A DNA stretch of 64,000 bases, from NCBI RefSeq assembly GCF_009914755.1, contig NC_060938.1; one strand, written 5' to 3'. The notes under the pieces were generated by a model. The model searched no databases and was not told where the DNA came from. It was given only the letters and a program-made list of their open reading frames with translations. Within the stretch, counting starts at the first letter, position 1. Every line of letters begins with the position of its first letter. Of the stretch, positions 1-22,581 are shown one piece after another. The stretch is from the human T2T-CHM13v2.0 reference genome, Homo sapiens. Both the position numbers and the translations under genes were made by a program.

Positions 1-524
1 CCTAGGGGAGAGTCCCATCAGCTGAGTGATCAGTGCAGAGATATTTCGAAATGCCCCGGCAGGCAAAGCGTAAGCAAGAGTTACATCCACTAGTTGATCA
101 GTGCAGAGATATGTCACAAGCCCCCCTATAGGCAGAGCCTGGACAAGAGTTACATCACCACAGTGATCAATGCAGTGATATGCCACTATGCCCCGTAGGC
201 ACAGCCTAGTCAAGCGTTACATCACCTCAGTGATCAGTGCAGAGATATTTCACAAAGCCCCCATACACAGAGCCTACACAAGAGTCCCATCACCTGGGTG
301 ATCAGTGCAGAAATATGTCACAATGCCCCCATAGGCAGATCCAACACAATAGTTTTATCACCTTGGTGATCAGTGTAGAGATATGTCACAATGCCCCCAT
401 ACGCAGAGCCTAGACAAAAGTCCCATCACCTGGGTGATCAGTGCAGAGATATATCACAAAGCCCCTGTTGGCAGAGCCTAGACAAGAGTTACATCACTTT
501 GTTGATCAGTTCAGAGATGTGTCA
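1..524 (+). repeat. Beta satellite (68-bp BSR/Sau3A) array, forward orientation
   Basis: Tandem ~68-bp monomers (gttacatcacctgggtgatcagtgcagagatatgtcacaatgcccc..taggcagagcctagacaag); ends at the conserved junction gatgtgtca|tgctgactg. Confidence 0.95.
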
Positions 525-1140
525 TGCTGACTGTTTGCTCCCGGAGCTCTGCGGTCACCTGGAAACATGCAGGGAAGGTTGGAAGACCGGCATGGTGCCT
601 TCGCTCTCCTTGCCAGTTTCCAAACCGGCCACACTGCAGACTCCCCATGTTGCCGCACACAGGAATCCATCGTCAGGCCATCGCTCCAGGGAGGCGTCTT
701 CTCTCTGTGGTCTCGCTCTGGTCTCCTACGTGGAAATGAACGAGAGCCACACGCTTGCGTGTGTGAGACTGTCCAGGCAACTGCGACACCCACAGGCACT
801 GCCTCCTTCAAGGAGAGAGGGCCTGGAACACTCCAGACTCCGACGGAGGTTCAGTTCCACACTCCCCTCCACCCTCCCAGGCTGGTTTCTCCCTGCTGAA
901 GTAACGTGGGAGCCCAGAGAGCGGCTTTCAGTTTTTCGCGGGATCCCTGGAAAGGTCCGGAGAGCCAGCCTCTGAAATGGGCCCCCCTCACACCTTCCCC
1001 CTCGCCCCCTTCCTCTTCTTCTCTCTGGTCAAACCACCGCCATCACCACGCCCTCCCCCACCAACCCACCACACCACGACCGCAGGCCTCGACACCCTGG
1101 GACCCTTCCAGAGCGGGGCGTGCTCTCCCAGGGCTCACCG

Positions 1141-4556
<3,416 letters not shown>

Positions 4557-5256
4557 CGTCGCAAGGTGTTGGGACAGCCTCAGCCGGAATTTCACGGACG
4601 GACAAGGGCACAGAGAGGCCAGCGGACTCCCTTGCCTGTCAGCCGGGGTGCGCAGTGAGCGCAGGTCTAGCCAGGAGGCTGGCAAAGAGAGCTAGAGGTC
4701 TGCGTTCCGCCGCCAGGCGCTCTATGGTGGCAGCTGGGAAGGTGCAGGTGCACGGTCGGGCCGGCGATGGAAGCGTGGAGGCGTAGAGGAGGCAAGCCAC
4801 CGGAAGGGTGTCAGGCCTGGATGCTGCGTGTGCCTGGTGTTTCCCGGGACGCGGGTCTCCACACAGCCCAGGGGAGGATGCATTTTCCGGTGGTGGGCGT
4901 TGGGGTTGGGTGGTGGTGGTCAGTCGGTGGTGGGGTGGTGGAAAGGCATGAGAGCTCTGCCCGGGCTGCTCCCACAGCCCAGGCGGCTGCCCACAAAGAC
5001 CTGCGTGCTCAGTAGCAGACCCACCTGCTGGTACCAGGGCCGGCTCTGGGATCCCCGGAATGCCCAGGAAAGAATGGCAGTTCTCCGCTGTGTGGAGTCT
5101 CTCAAAGGGCCTAGACCTAGAAGGCAGGAATCCCAGGCCGGTCAGCCCGGTGGAGCGGGTGTAGGGAAAACACGCCCCTCCATAGCCATCCAGGTGTTCC
5201 CCATGAGAGAGAGGCCACCGCCCTGCCCCGACTTGACCCCGTCCCAACCCCACGTC

Positions 5257-6705
<1,449 letters not shown>

Positions 6706-7318
6706 TGGCAAGCCCTGGGACAGCCTGCCCCACGCCGGAAGATTCCCAGGGCGTCGAGGCCTGGGGCCGGGGGGCGGTGGGGTGGGGGGGAGGGCGTGGT
6801 AATGGCGGTGGTGGGGCCAGAGACATGAAGAGGAAGGAGGCAAGGGGGAAGGGGTGAGGGGCGCGTTTCGGGGGCTGGCTCTCCGGACCTCTCCAGGAAA
6901 CCCACGGGAGCTGGAAGCCGCTCTCTGGACTCCCACGTGTCTTCAGCAGGGAGAAACCGGCCTGGGGGGGGTGGAGGAGAGTGTGGAAAGGAACGTCCGT
7001 GGGAGTCTGGAGTGTTCCAGGCCCTCTCTCCGTGAAGGAGGCAGTGCCTGTGGGTGTCGCCTTTGCCAGGACAGTCTCACAAGCGCAGGCGTGTGGCTCT
7101 CCTTCATTTCCACGTAGGAGACCAGAGAGAGACCCCAGAGAGAAGATGCCATCCCGGCGTGATGGCCTGACGATGTATACCCGTGTGCGGCAACATGAGG
7201 AGTCTGCAGTGTGACCGGTTTGGAAACTGGCAAGGAGAGTGAAGGCCCCATGCTGGTCTTCCACACTTCCATGCATGTTTCTGGGTATCCGCAGAGCTCC
7301 AGGAGCAAACAGTCGGCA

Positions 7319-10300
7319 TGACACATCTCTGAACTGATCAAGAAAGTGATGTAACACTTGTCTAGGCTCTGCCTACAGGGGCTTTGTGACATATCTCTGC
7401 ACTGATCACCCAGGTGATGGGAATTTTGTCTAGGCTCTGCCTATGGGGGCATTGTGACATATCTCTACACTGATCCCCCAGGTGATGTAACTCTTGTGTT
7501 GGATCTGCATATGGGGGCATTGTGACATATTGCAGCATTGATCACCCAGGTGATGGAACTCTTCTATAGGCTCTGTGTATGGGGGTTTTGTGACATATCT
7601 CTGCAATGATCACCCAGGTGATGTAACGCTTGACTAGCCTGTGCCTACGGGGCATAGTGACAGATCACTGCATTGATCACCAAGGTGAAGTAACTCTTTT
7701 CCAGGCTCTAGCTATATGGGGCCTTGTGACTTATCTCTTCACTGATCATCAAGGTGATGTAACTCTTGATTACACTCTGCCTGCAGGGGCATTGTGAAAT
7801 ACCTGTGCACCGATCACCCAGATGTTGGGACCATTCTCTAGGCTCTGCTTACAGAGAGCATTGTCACACATGTCTGCACTGATCACCCAGGTGGCGGACT
7901 ATTGTCTTAGATTTGCCTATGGGGGCATTGTGACATATCTCTGCACTGATCACCCAGGTGATGTAACTCTGGTCTAAGCTCTGCTTAAAGGGGCTTGGTG
8001 ACAGATCTCTGCACTGATCACATAGGTGATGTAACTCTTGTCTAGGTTCTATTTACAGGGGGTATTGTGACATATCTCTGCACTGATCACCTAAGTGATG
8101 TAACACTTGTGTAGGCTCTGCCTACAGGGGCATTTTGAAATATGTCTGCACTGTTAACCGAGGTGATGTCACTCTTGTCTAGGCTGTGCCCACAGGGGGA
8201 TTGAGACATGCCACTACACTTATCCCGAGGTGATCTAACTCTTGCCTGGTCTCTGCCTACTGTGGACATTGTGACATATATCTGCACTGATCTCCCATGT
8301 GCTGTTACTTTAGTCTAGGCTCTGGCTACGCGGCATTGTGACATATCACTGCACTGATCACCCAGTTGATATAACTCTTGTCTAGGCTCTGCCTACAGGG
8401 GCTTGTTACTTATCTCTGCACTGATCACCCAGGTGATATAACTCTTCTCTAGGATCTGCCTACAAGGTGCTTTGTGACATATCCCTACAATGATCACCCA
8501 GGTGATATACCACTTGTCAAGGCTCTGCCTACAGGGCATTGCGATGTATCTCTGCACTGATCACCCAAGTGATGTAACTCTTTTCTAGGATCTGCCTACA
8601 GGGTGCTTTGTGACATATCCCTGCAATGATCACCCAGGTGATGTACCACTTGTGAAGGCTCTGCCTACAGGGACATTGCGATGTATCTCTGCACTGATCA
8701 ACTAGTTCATGTAACTGTTGTCTAGGCTCTGCCTACAGTGGCATTGTGACATATCTCTGCACTGATCATCCAAATGATGTAACTCTTGTCTAGGATCTCC
8801 CTAAAGGGACTTTGTGACATAACTCTGCACTAATCATCCAGGTGATGGGGCTTTTCTCTAGGCTCTGCCTAAGGGGGCATTGTGACATATTTCTGCACTA
8901 ATCACCCTGGTGACGGACTCTTCGATTGGATCTGCCTATGGGGGCATTGTGACATATCTCTGCACTGATCACCCAGGTGATGTAAATGTTGTATAAGCTC
9001 TGCCTACAGGGGAATTGTGAGAGTGCTCGCCACTGATCACCCAAATGATGTAACTATAGTCTAGGCTTTGCCTACAGGGGGCTTTGTGACATACGTTTGC
9101 ACTGATCACCAAGGTGACGTAACTCATCTACGTTCTGCCTACAGGAGCTTTGTGACATATCTCTGTACAGATCACTTAGGTGATGTGACACTTTTATAAG
9201 AACTGCCTACAGGGAATTTTGACAAATCTCTGCACTGATCACCTAGGTGATGTAACTCTTTTCTACCCTCTGCCCAAAGGGGGCATTGTGAAATATCTCT
9301 GCACTGATCACCCAGGTGATTCAACTCTTGTCTAGGATCTGCCTACAGGGGGTATTGTGAAATGTCTCTGCACTGATCAACTAGGTGATGTAACTCTTGT
9401 TTAGGCTGTGCCTGCAGGGGCATTTTCACATATCCCTGAACTGATGACAAAGGTGAAGTAACTCTTGCCTAGGCTTTGCCTACAGGGGACATTGTGACAT
9501 ATCTCTGCACTGATCACCCAGGTGATGCAACTCTTCTCTATGCTCTGCCTACAGGGGACATTGTGACATATCTCTGCAATGATCCCCCAGGTGATGTAAC
9601 ATTTATCTAGGCTCTGCCTACTCGGGCGTTTTGACATAGCCCTGCACAGATCACCTAGGTTATTTAACTCTTGTCCACCCTCTGCCTATAGGGGGCATTG
9701 TGAAATATCTCTGCACTGATGATCCAGGTGACGGGACTCTTCTCTATACTCTGCCTAGAGGGGGATTTGTGACATATCTCTGCACTGATCACCCAGGTGA
9801 TGGAAGTCTTGTCTAGGCTCTGTCTATGGGGGAATTGTGTCAAATATCTGCACTTATCACCCAGGTGATGTAACTCTTTTCTAGGCTCTGTTTACAGGGA
9901 TTTTTGTGACATATCACTGCACTGATTACCTAGGTGATGTAAGCCTTGTATGGGCTTTGCCTGCAGAAGGCTTTGTGACATAACTATGCATTGATCTCTG
10001 AGGTGATGCAACTCTTGTCTAGGCACGGCCTGCAGGGGACATGGGTACATATCTCTGCACTGATCACCCAGGTGATGGACTCTTGTCTTAGATCTGCCTA
10101 CATGGACATTATGACACATCTCTGAACTGATCAACCAAGTGATGAAACTCTTGTCTAGGCTCTGCCTACAGGGGCTATGTGACACATCTCTGCACTGATC
10201 ATCCTGGGGAGGGAACTCTTGTCTATGCTCTGCCTACAGGAGGCTTTATGACTTATACCTGCACTGATAACCTAGGTGATGTAACACTTGTCTAGGCTCT

Positions 10301-10993
10301 GCCTACACGGGAATTCTCACATATCTCTGCACTGATCACCCAGGTGATGTAACTCCTGTTTAGGTTCAGCCTTCAGAAGCGTTTAGACATATCTCTGCAT
10401 TGATCACCCAGTTGATGTAACCCTTGTCAAAGCTCTGCCTACAGGGGCATTTTGACAGATTACTCCACTGCTCACCCAGGTGATGTAACAATTGTCTGGG
10501 CTTTGCCTACAGGGGGCTTTGTGATATACATTTCCTCTGATCAAACAGGTGATGTAATCCTTGTCAAGGTTATGCTTATAGGGGCTTTGTGACATATCTC
10601 TGCACTGATCACCACAGGGATGGAACACTTGTCAACACTCTGCCTGCAGAAGGCTTTACGACTTATCCCTGCACTGATCCCTAGGTGCTGTAACACTTGT
10701 CTAGGCTCTGTCTATATGGGAATTTTCACATATCTCTACACTGATCACCTAAATGATGTAACCCTTGTCTAGGTTCAGCCTACTGGGGGTTTCTTACATA
10801 CCTATGCACTGATCACCGACGTGATGTAAATCATTTCCAGGCTTTTTGTACAGGAGACATTGTGATAAATCTCTACACTGATCACCGAAATGATGCAAAT
10901 CTTCTCTAGGTTCTGCAGGGAGGTAGCATTGTGACATATTTCTGAACTGATCATCCTAGAGATGTAACTATTCTCCAGGCTTTGACTAAAGAG
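7319..10993 (-). repeat. Beta satellite array, reverse orientation
   Basis: Tandem 68-bp monomers. Confidence 0.95.
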
Positions 10994-11635
10994 CGTTGGA
11001 AGGTCTTCGGAGAGCCTCAGCTGGAATTTCACGGACGGACAAGGGCACAGAGAGGCCAGTGGGCTCCCTTGCATGTCAGCCGGGGTGCGCAATGAGCACG
11101 GGTCTAGCCAGGAGGATGGCAAAGAGAGCTAGAGGTCTGCGTTCCTCCGCCAGGCTCTCCATGGTGGCAGCTGGGCGGCTGCAGGTGCACGTGCGGGCCG
11201 GGTACGGTGGCGCAGAGATACAGAGTAGGCGAGCCACCTTAGGGATGTCAGGCCTGGACGCTGCACGGGCTCAGTTTTTCGCGCGACGGGGGTCTCCAAC
11301 TAGCCCAGGGGAGGACGCATTTTCTGGGGGTTCGGGGGACGGGGTGGGGAGTGGGTTGTCAGGCGGGGGTGGGGTGATGGAAAGGCATGAGAGCTCTGTC
11401 AGGGCTGCTCCAACGGCCCAGGCGGCTGCCCGCAAAGTCGCCCGTGCGCAGTAGGCGGCCCAACTGCTGGTACCTGGGCCGGCTCTGGGATCCCCGGGAT
11501 GCCCAGGAAAGAATGGCAGGTCTCCGCTGGGTGGAGCCTCTCACCGGGCCTAGACCTAGAAGGCAGGAATCCCTGGCAGGTCAGCCCAGTGGATGGGGCA
11601 GGGGGAAGACATGCCCATCCATAGCCAGCAAGGTG

Positions 11636-13142
<1,507 letters not shown>

Positions 13143-13757
13143 CGGTGAGCCCTGGGACAGCCCTCCCCACCCCGGAAGTGTCCCAGGGCGTCGAAGCCTG
13201 CGGCCGCGGGGTGGTGGGGTGGGGGGGAGGGCGTGGTGATGGCTGTGGTGTGGCCGGAGAGACGAAGAGGAAGGGGGCGGGGGGGGAAGGGGTGAGGGGG
13301 GCGCGTTTCAGGGGCTGGCTCTCCGGACCTTTCCAGGAATCCCGCGGGAACTTGAAGCCACACTTTGGGCCCCCACGTGTCTTCAGCTGGGAGAAACCGG
13401 CCTGGGAGGTTGGAGGGGAGTGTGGAACTGAACCTCCGTGGGAGTCTGGAGTGTTCCAGGCCCTCTCTCCGTGAAGGAGGCAGTGCCTGTGGGTGTCGCC
13501 GTTGCCGGGACAGTCTCACGCACGCAGGCGTGTGGCTCACGATCATTACCATGTAGGAGACCAAAGGGAGACCCCAGAGAGAAGATGCCTCCCCGGTGTG
13601 ATGGCCTGACTATGGATTCCCGTGTGCGGGAACATGGGGAGTCTGCAGTGTGGCCAGTTTGGAAACTGGCAAGGAGACCAAATGCGCCATGCCGGTCTTC
13701 CACCCTTCCCTGCATGTTTCCGTGTGCCTGCAGAACTTCGGGAGCAAACAGTCAGCA

Positions 13758-16700
13758 TGACACATCCCTGAATTGATCAACAAAGTGATGTAACACTTGT
13801 CTAGGCTCTGCCTACAAGGGCTTTGTGACATATCTCTGCACTGATCACCCAGGTGATGGGACTTTTGTCTAGGCTCTGCCTATGGGGGCATTGTGACATA
13901 TCTCTACACTGATCACCCAGGTGATGCAACTCTTTGTTGGATCTGCTTATGGGGGTGTTGTGACATATTTCTGCACTGATCAACCAGGTGATGGGACCCT
14001 TGCCTAGGCTCTGTGTATGGGGGCTTTGTGACATATCTCTGCACTGATCACCCTGGTGATGTAACACTAGGCTCTGCCTACGGGGCATAGTGACATATCA
14101 CTACATTGATCACCGAGGTGATGTAACTCTTGCTCAGGCTCTGCCTATAGGGGGGATTGTGACATATCTCTGCACTGATCAACTAGGTGATGTAAGTCTT
14201 TCTTACACTCTGTCTGCAGGGGCATTGTGAAATATCTCTGCACTGATCACCCAGGTGATGGGACTCTTCTCTACGCTCTGCCTCCTGGGGGAATTGTCAC
14301 ATATTTCTGCACTGATCATCCAGGTGATGCACTCTTTTCTTGGATTTGCCCATGGGGGCATTGTGACATATCCCTCCACTGATCACCCACGTGATGTAAC
14401 TCTGGTCTAAGCTCTGCCTAAGGGGGCATTGTGACAGATCTCTGCAAAGATCACTTAGGTGATGTAACTATTGTCTAGTCTCTGCTTAAAGGGGCCTAGT
14501 CACATATCTCTGCACTGATCACCCAGGTGATGTAACTCTTGTCTAGGCTGTGCCCACAGGGTGACTGAGACATATCTCTGCATTGATCCAGAGGTGATCC
14601 AACTCTTTCCTGTTCTCTGCCTACTGGGGACACTGTGACATATCTCTGCACTGATCTCCCAGGTGCCATAACTTTAGTATAGGCTCTGGATACACGGCAT
14701 TGTGAGATATCACTGCACTGATCACCCAGGTGATATAACTCTGGTCTAGGCTCTGCCTACCGGGGGTCTTGTGACATATTTCTGTGCTGATCACCCAGGT
14801 GATATAACTCTTCTCTAGGATCTGCTTACAGGGTGCTTTGTGACATATCCATGCAATGATCACCCAGGAGATATACCACTTGTCACGGCTCTGCCTAAAG
14901 GGGGCTTTTGACATATAACAGTGCTGATCACCCAGGTGATATAACTCTTCTATAGGATCTGCCCACAGGGTGCTTTGTGACATATCCCTGCAATGATCAC
15001 CGAGGTGATATACCACTTGTCAATGCTCTGCCTACAGGGGCATTGCAATGTATCTCTGCACTGATCACCTAGGTCATGTAACACTTTTCTAGGCTCTGCC
15101 TACAGTGGCATTGTGACATATCCCTGCACTGATCACCCAGGTGATGTAACTCTTTTCTAGGATCTGCCTACAGGGTGCTTTGTGATATATCCCTGCAATG
15201 ATCACCCAGGTGATGCACCACTTGTCAAGGCTCTGCCTAAAGGGACATTGAGATGTATCTCTGCACTGATCACCTAGGTCATGTAACTCTTGTTTAGGCT
15301 ATGCCTACAGTGGCATTGTGAGATATCTCTGCACTGATCATCCAAGTGATTTAACACTTGTCTAGGATCTGCTTAAAGGGACTTTGTGACATAACTCTGC
15401 ACTGATCATCCAGGTGATGGGGCTTTTTTCTAGGCTCTACCTAAGGGGGCATTCTGACATATTTCTGCACTGACCACCCAGGTGAAGGACTCTTTTCTTG
15501 GATCTGCCTGTGGGGGTATTTTGACATACCTCTCCACTGATCACCCAGGTGATGTAACTGTTGTATAGGCTCTGCCAACAGGGGAATTGTGAGAGATCTC
15601 GCCACTGATCACCCAAGTGATGTAACTACTGTCTAGGCTTTGACTACTTGGTCTTTGTGACATACCTTTGCACTGATCACCCAGGTGATGTAACTTATCT
15701 AATTTCTGCCTGCAGGAGCTTTGTGACATATCTCTGCACAGATCACTTAGGTGATGTAACAATTTTATAAGCACTGCCGACAAGGAATTTTGACAAATCT
15801 CTGCACTGCTCACCTAGGTGATGTAACTATTGTCTACCCTCTGCCCAAAGGGGGCATTGTGAAATATCTCTGCACTGATCACCCAGGTGATTCAACTCTT
15901 GTCTGGGATCTGCCTACAGAGGGTATTGTGAGATATCTCTGCACTAATCAACTGGGTGATGTAACTCTTGTCAAGGCTCTGCCTACAAGGGCGTTTTCAC
16001 AAATCCCTGAACTGATGACAAAGGTGATGTAACTCTTGCCTAGGCTTTGCCTACAGGGGACATTGTGACATATCTCTGCACTGATCACCCAGGTGATGTA
16101 ACTCTTTTCTATTCTCTGCTTAAGGAGGGCGTTGTGACATCAGTCTGCACGGATCCCCCAGGTTATGTAACTCTTGTCTAGGCTCTGCCTACGGGGGCAT
16201 TGTGTCTTATCTCTGCACTGATCACCCAGGAGATGTGACTCTTGTCTAAGCTCTGCCTAGAGGGACATTGGGGCATATCTCCGCACTGATCGCTGAGGTG
16301 ATGTAAAACTTGTCTAGACTTTGCCTACAGTGGGATTTATGACATATCTCTGCACTGATCACCCAGGTGATGTAACTCTTGTGTAGGCTCTGCTTACAGG
16401 AGGTATTGTGAGATATCTCTGCACTGATCACCCAGGTGATGTAACTCTTGTCTAGTCTCTGCCTACAGGGGCATTTTAACATATCACTGCAGTGATCACC
16501 GAGATGATGTAACTCTTGTATAGGCTTCACCGGCAGGGGGCATTGAAACATATCTCTGCACTGATCACCGAGGTGATGCAACTCTTGTCTGGGATCTGCT
16601 AAAAGGGGCATTGTGACATATCTCTGCCCTGATCACCCAGGTGATGCAACTCTTGTGTAGGCTCTGCCTAGTGGAGATATTTGGACATATCTCTGCACTG

Positions 16701-19700
16701 ATCACCCAGGTGATGTCACTTTTCTCAAGGATATGGCTACAGGGACATTGCAACATGTCACTGCACTGATCACACAGCTGATGTAACTCTTCCCTAGGCT
16801 CTGGCTACAGGGACCTTGTGACACATCTCTGCACTGATCACACAGGTGATGTAACCCTTGTCTAGCTCCGCCAAAATGGGGCATTGTGACATAACTCTGC
16901 ACTGATCACCCAGGTGATGGGACTCTTGTCTAGGCTCTGCCTACAGGGGGCATTGTGACATATCTCTGCAGTGATCACCCAGGTGATGTAACTCTTTTCT
17001 AGGCTCTGCCTAGAGGGAACTTTGACAAATCTCAGCACTGATCACCTAGGTGATGCAACTCTTGTCTACACTCTGACCAAACGGGGCATTGTGAAATATC
17101 TCCACACTGATCACCCATGTGATTCAACTCTTGTCTAGGATCTGCTTACAGGGGTATTGTGAAATATCTCTGCACTGATCACCTGAGTGATGTAACACTT
17201 GTGTAGGCTCTGCCTACAGGGGCATCTTGACATATCTCTGCACTGTTAACCGAGGTGATGTAACTCTTGTCTAGGCTGTGCACACAGGGGGATGGAGATA
17301 TATCTATACACTGATCACCCAGGTGACGCAACTCTTCTCTATGCTCTGCCTACAGGGGACATTGTGACATATCTCTGCACTGATCACACAGGTGATGTAA
17401 CTCATCTAATTCTGCCTGCGGGAGCTTTGTGACATATCTCTGCACTGATCACTTAGGTGATGTAACAATGTTATAAGCACTGCCTACAGGGAATTTTGAC
17501 AAATCTCTGCACTGATCACCTAGGTGATGTAACCCTTGTCTACCCTCTGCCCAAAGGGGGCATTGTGAAATATCTCTGCACTGATCACCCAGGTGATTCA
17601 ACTCTTGTCTAGGATCTGCCTACAGAGGGTATTGTGAAATATTTCTGTACTGATCACCCAGGTGATGTAACTCTTTTCTATTCTCTGCCTAAAGAGGGCG
17701 TTGTGACATCACTCTGCACGGATCCCCCGGGTTATGTAACTCTTGTCTAGGCTCTGCCTACGGGGGCATTGTGTCTTATCTCTGCACTGATCACCCAGGA
17801 GATGTGACTCTTGTCTAAGCTCTGCCTAGAGGGACATTGGGGCATATCTCTGCACTGATCACTGAGGTGATGTAAAACTTGTCTAGACTTTGCCTACAGT
17901 GGGATTTATGACATATCTCTGCACTGATCACCCAGGTGATGTAACTCTTGTGTAGGCTCTGCTTACAGGAGGTACTGTGAGATATCTCTGCACTGATCAC
18001 CCAGGTGATGTAACTCTTGTCTAGTCTCTGCCTACAGGGGCATTTTAACATATCACTGCACTGATCACCGAGATTATGTAACTCTTGTATAGGCTTCACC
18101 GGCAGGGGGCATTGAAACATATCTCTGCACTGATCACCGAGGTGATGCAACTCTTGTCTGGGATCTGCTTACAGGAGGCATTGTGACATATCTCTGCCCT
18201 GATCACCCAGGTGATGTAACTCTTGTCTAGGCTCTGCCTAGTGGAGACATTTGGACATATCTCCGCACTGATCACCCAGGTGATGTCACTTTTCTCTAGG
18301 ATATGGCTACAGGGACATTGTGACATGTCACTGCACTGATCACACAGCTGATGTAACACTTCCCTAGGCTCTGGCTACAGGGGGCTTGTGACACATCTCT
18401 GCACTGATCACCCAGGTGACGTAACCCTTGTCTAGGCTCCGCCAAAATGGGGCATTGTGACATAACTCGGCACTGATCACCCAGGTGGTGGGACTCTTGT
18501 CTAGGCTCTTCCTACAGGGGCATTGTGACGTATCTCTGCAGTGATCACGCAGGTCATGTATCTCTTGTGTATATCTGCCTACTGGCGGGACTGTGGCATA
18601 TTTCTGCACTGATCACACAGTTGATGGACTCTTGTCTTGGACCTGCCTATGGGGGCATAGTGACATATCTCTGCATTGATCACTCATGTGATGTAACGCT
18701 TGTCTATGTTGCGCCTAAAGGGGAATTGTGACAGATATCTCCACTGATCACCGAGGTGATGTAACAATTTTCTGGGATTGGTCTACAGGGAGCTTTCTGA
18801 CATATCTTCGCACTGATCACCCAGGAGATGTAACACTTTTCTAAGCTCGGCCTACAGGGGCTTTGTGACATACTTCTGCACTAATCTCCCAGGTGATGTA
18901 ACTCTTGTTTAGGCTCTGCCTACAGGGCCTTTGTAACATATATCTGTACTGATCACCCATGTGATGTAACTCTTGTCTAGGCTCCACCTAAAGGGGGTAT
19001 TGTGACGTATATCTGCACCTATCACCCAGGTGATATTACTCTTGTCTAGGTTCCACCTACAGGTTGTATTGTGACGTAAGTCTACACAGGTCACCTTGGT
19101 TATGTAACTATTGTCCACTCTCTGCCTACAGGGTCATTGTGAACTATATCTGCACTGATCACCCAGGTGATGGTACTCTTCTCTATACTCTGCCTAGAGG
19201 GTTATTTGTGACATATCTCTGCACTGATCACCCAGGTGATGGAAGTCTTGTCTAGGCTCTGTCTTTGGGGGCATTGTGTCAAATACCTGCACTGATCACT
19301 CAGGTGATGTAACTCTTGTCTAGGCTCTGTCTTCAGGGATTTTTCTCACATATGACTGCACTGATCACCTAGGTGATGTAAGCCTTGTATGGGGTTTGCC
19401 TACAGAAGGCTTTGTGAAATATCTCTGCACTGATCTCTGAAGTGATGCAACTCTTGTCTAGACACTGCCTACAGGGGACATTGGTACTTATCTCTGCACT
19501 GATCACCGAGGTGATGGACCCTTGTCTTAGATCTGCCTACATGGACATTGTGACACTTCTCTGAACTGATCAGCCATGTAATGAAACCCTTGTCTAGGCT
19601 CTGCCTACACGGGCTTTGTGACACCATCTCTGCACTGATCACCCTGTGGAGGGAACTCTTTAATACGCTCTGCCTATAGGAGGCTTTAAGACTTATAACT

Positions 19701-20433
19701 GCACTGATCACCTAGGTGATGTAACACTTGTCTAGGCTCTGCCTACAGGGGAATTCTCACATATCTCTGCACTGATCACACGGGTGATGTAACTCCTGTC
19801 TAGGTTCAGCCTACAGGAGCGTTTTGACATATCTCTGCACTGACCACCCAGGTGATGTAACCCTTGTCTAAGCTCTGCCTACAGGGGCATTGTGACAGAT
19901 CTCTACACTGCTCACCCAGGTGATGTAACAATTGTCTGGGCTTTGTCTACAGGGTGCTTTGTGATATACATTTCCACTGATCAAACAGGTGATGTAACCC
20001 TTGTCAAGTTTCTGCTTACAGGGGCTTTGTGACATATCTCTGCACTTATCACCCCAGGGAGGAAACAATTGTCTGCACTCTACCTACAGGAGGCTTTGCG
20101 ACTTATCCCTGCACTGATCACTAGGTGATGTGACGCTTGTCTAGGCTCTGTCTACACGGGAATTTTCACATATCTCTACACTGATCACCTAAGTGATGTA
20201 ACCCTTGTCTAGGTTCAGCCTTCTGGGGATTTCTGACATACCTATGCACTGATCACCATGGTGATGTGAATCATTTCCAGGCTTTTTGTACAGAGGACAT
20301 TGTGATATATGTCTGCACTGATCACTGAAATGATGCAAATCTTCTCTAGGCTCCGCAGGGAGGGGGCATTTTGACATATTTCTGAACCGATCATCCAGGA
20401 GATGTAACTATTCTCCAGACTTTGACTAAAGAG
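13758..20433 (-). repeat. Beta satellite array, reverse orientation
   Basis: Tandem 68-bp monomers. Confidence 0.95.
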
Positions 20434-21154
20434 CGTTGGAAGGTGTTGGGAGAGCCTCAGCTGGAATTTCACGGATGGACAAGGGCTCAGACAGGCCAGC
20501 AGGCTCCCGTGCACGTCAGCCGGGGTGAACAATGAGCGCAGGTCTAGCCAGGAGGCCTTTAATGAGAGCTAGAGGTCTCCGTTCCACGGCCAGGCTTTCC
20601 ATGGTGGCAGCTGGGAGGCTGCAGGGGCACGGGCGGGCCGGCGACGGCGGTGCAGAGGCACAGAGGATGCAAGCCACCAGAGGGATGTCAGGCCTGGATG
20701 CTGCGTGTGTCCGGTGTTTCGCGGGAAGGGGGTCTCCACCCAGAACAGGGGATGACGCATTTTCCGGGGGGGGTTTGTGGTGGGGAGGGAGTGGTCACGT
20801 GGGGGTGGGGTGGTCGAAATTCATGAGAGGTCTGCCCGGGCTGCTCCCACAGCCCAGGCGGCTGCCCGCAAATGCTTTCATGCGCAGTAGGCGGCACACC
20901 TGCTGGTACCAAGGCCGGCTATGGGATCCCTGGGATACCCAGGAAAGAATGGCAGTTCTCCGCTGTTTGGAGTCTCTCACTTGGCCTAGAACTAGAATGC
21001 AGCAATCCCAGGCCGTTCAGCCCAGTGAAGGGGGCGGAGGCAAGACACGCCCATCCATAGCCAGCCAGGTGTTCCCCACGAAAGAGAGGCCACTACCCTG
21101 CCCCGACCCGACACCGTCCCAACCCCACGTCCTAAAGCTCCTACAGCAGAGTCC

Positions 21155-21160
21155 TTTATT
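21155..21160 (-). terminator. Candidate canonical poly(A) signal AATAAA inside the degenerate 3' end of the DUX4-like ORF
   Basis: + strand tttatt = AATAAA on -; the ancestral GAA GAA TAC reads GAA TAA TAA; G/T-rich ggacgtggggttgggacggtgtcggg follows ~25 nt downstream. Confidence 0.5.
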
Positions 21161-21260
21161 ATTCCTCGCTGAGGGGTGCTTCCAGCGATGCGGCCTCTTC
21201 CAAGGCCTCCAGCTTCCCCGGGGCCTCCGTTTCTAGGAAAGGTTGCACCTGCTGCAGAAA

Positions 21261-22581
<1,321 letters not shown>

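Noticed and set aside
391-975. ORFs running from satellite into the cassette upstream region (also 58350-58874, 6943-7392)
   Set aside because: They start in satellite, vary in length between copies, and have no promoter or domain evidence
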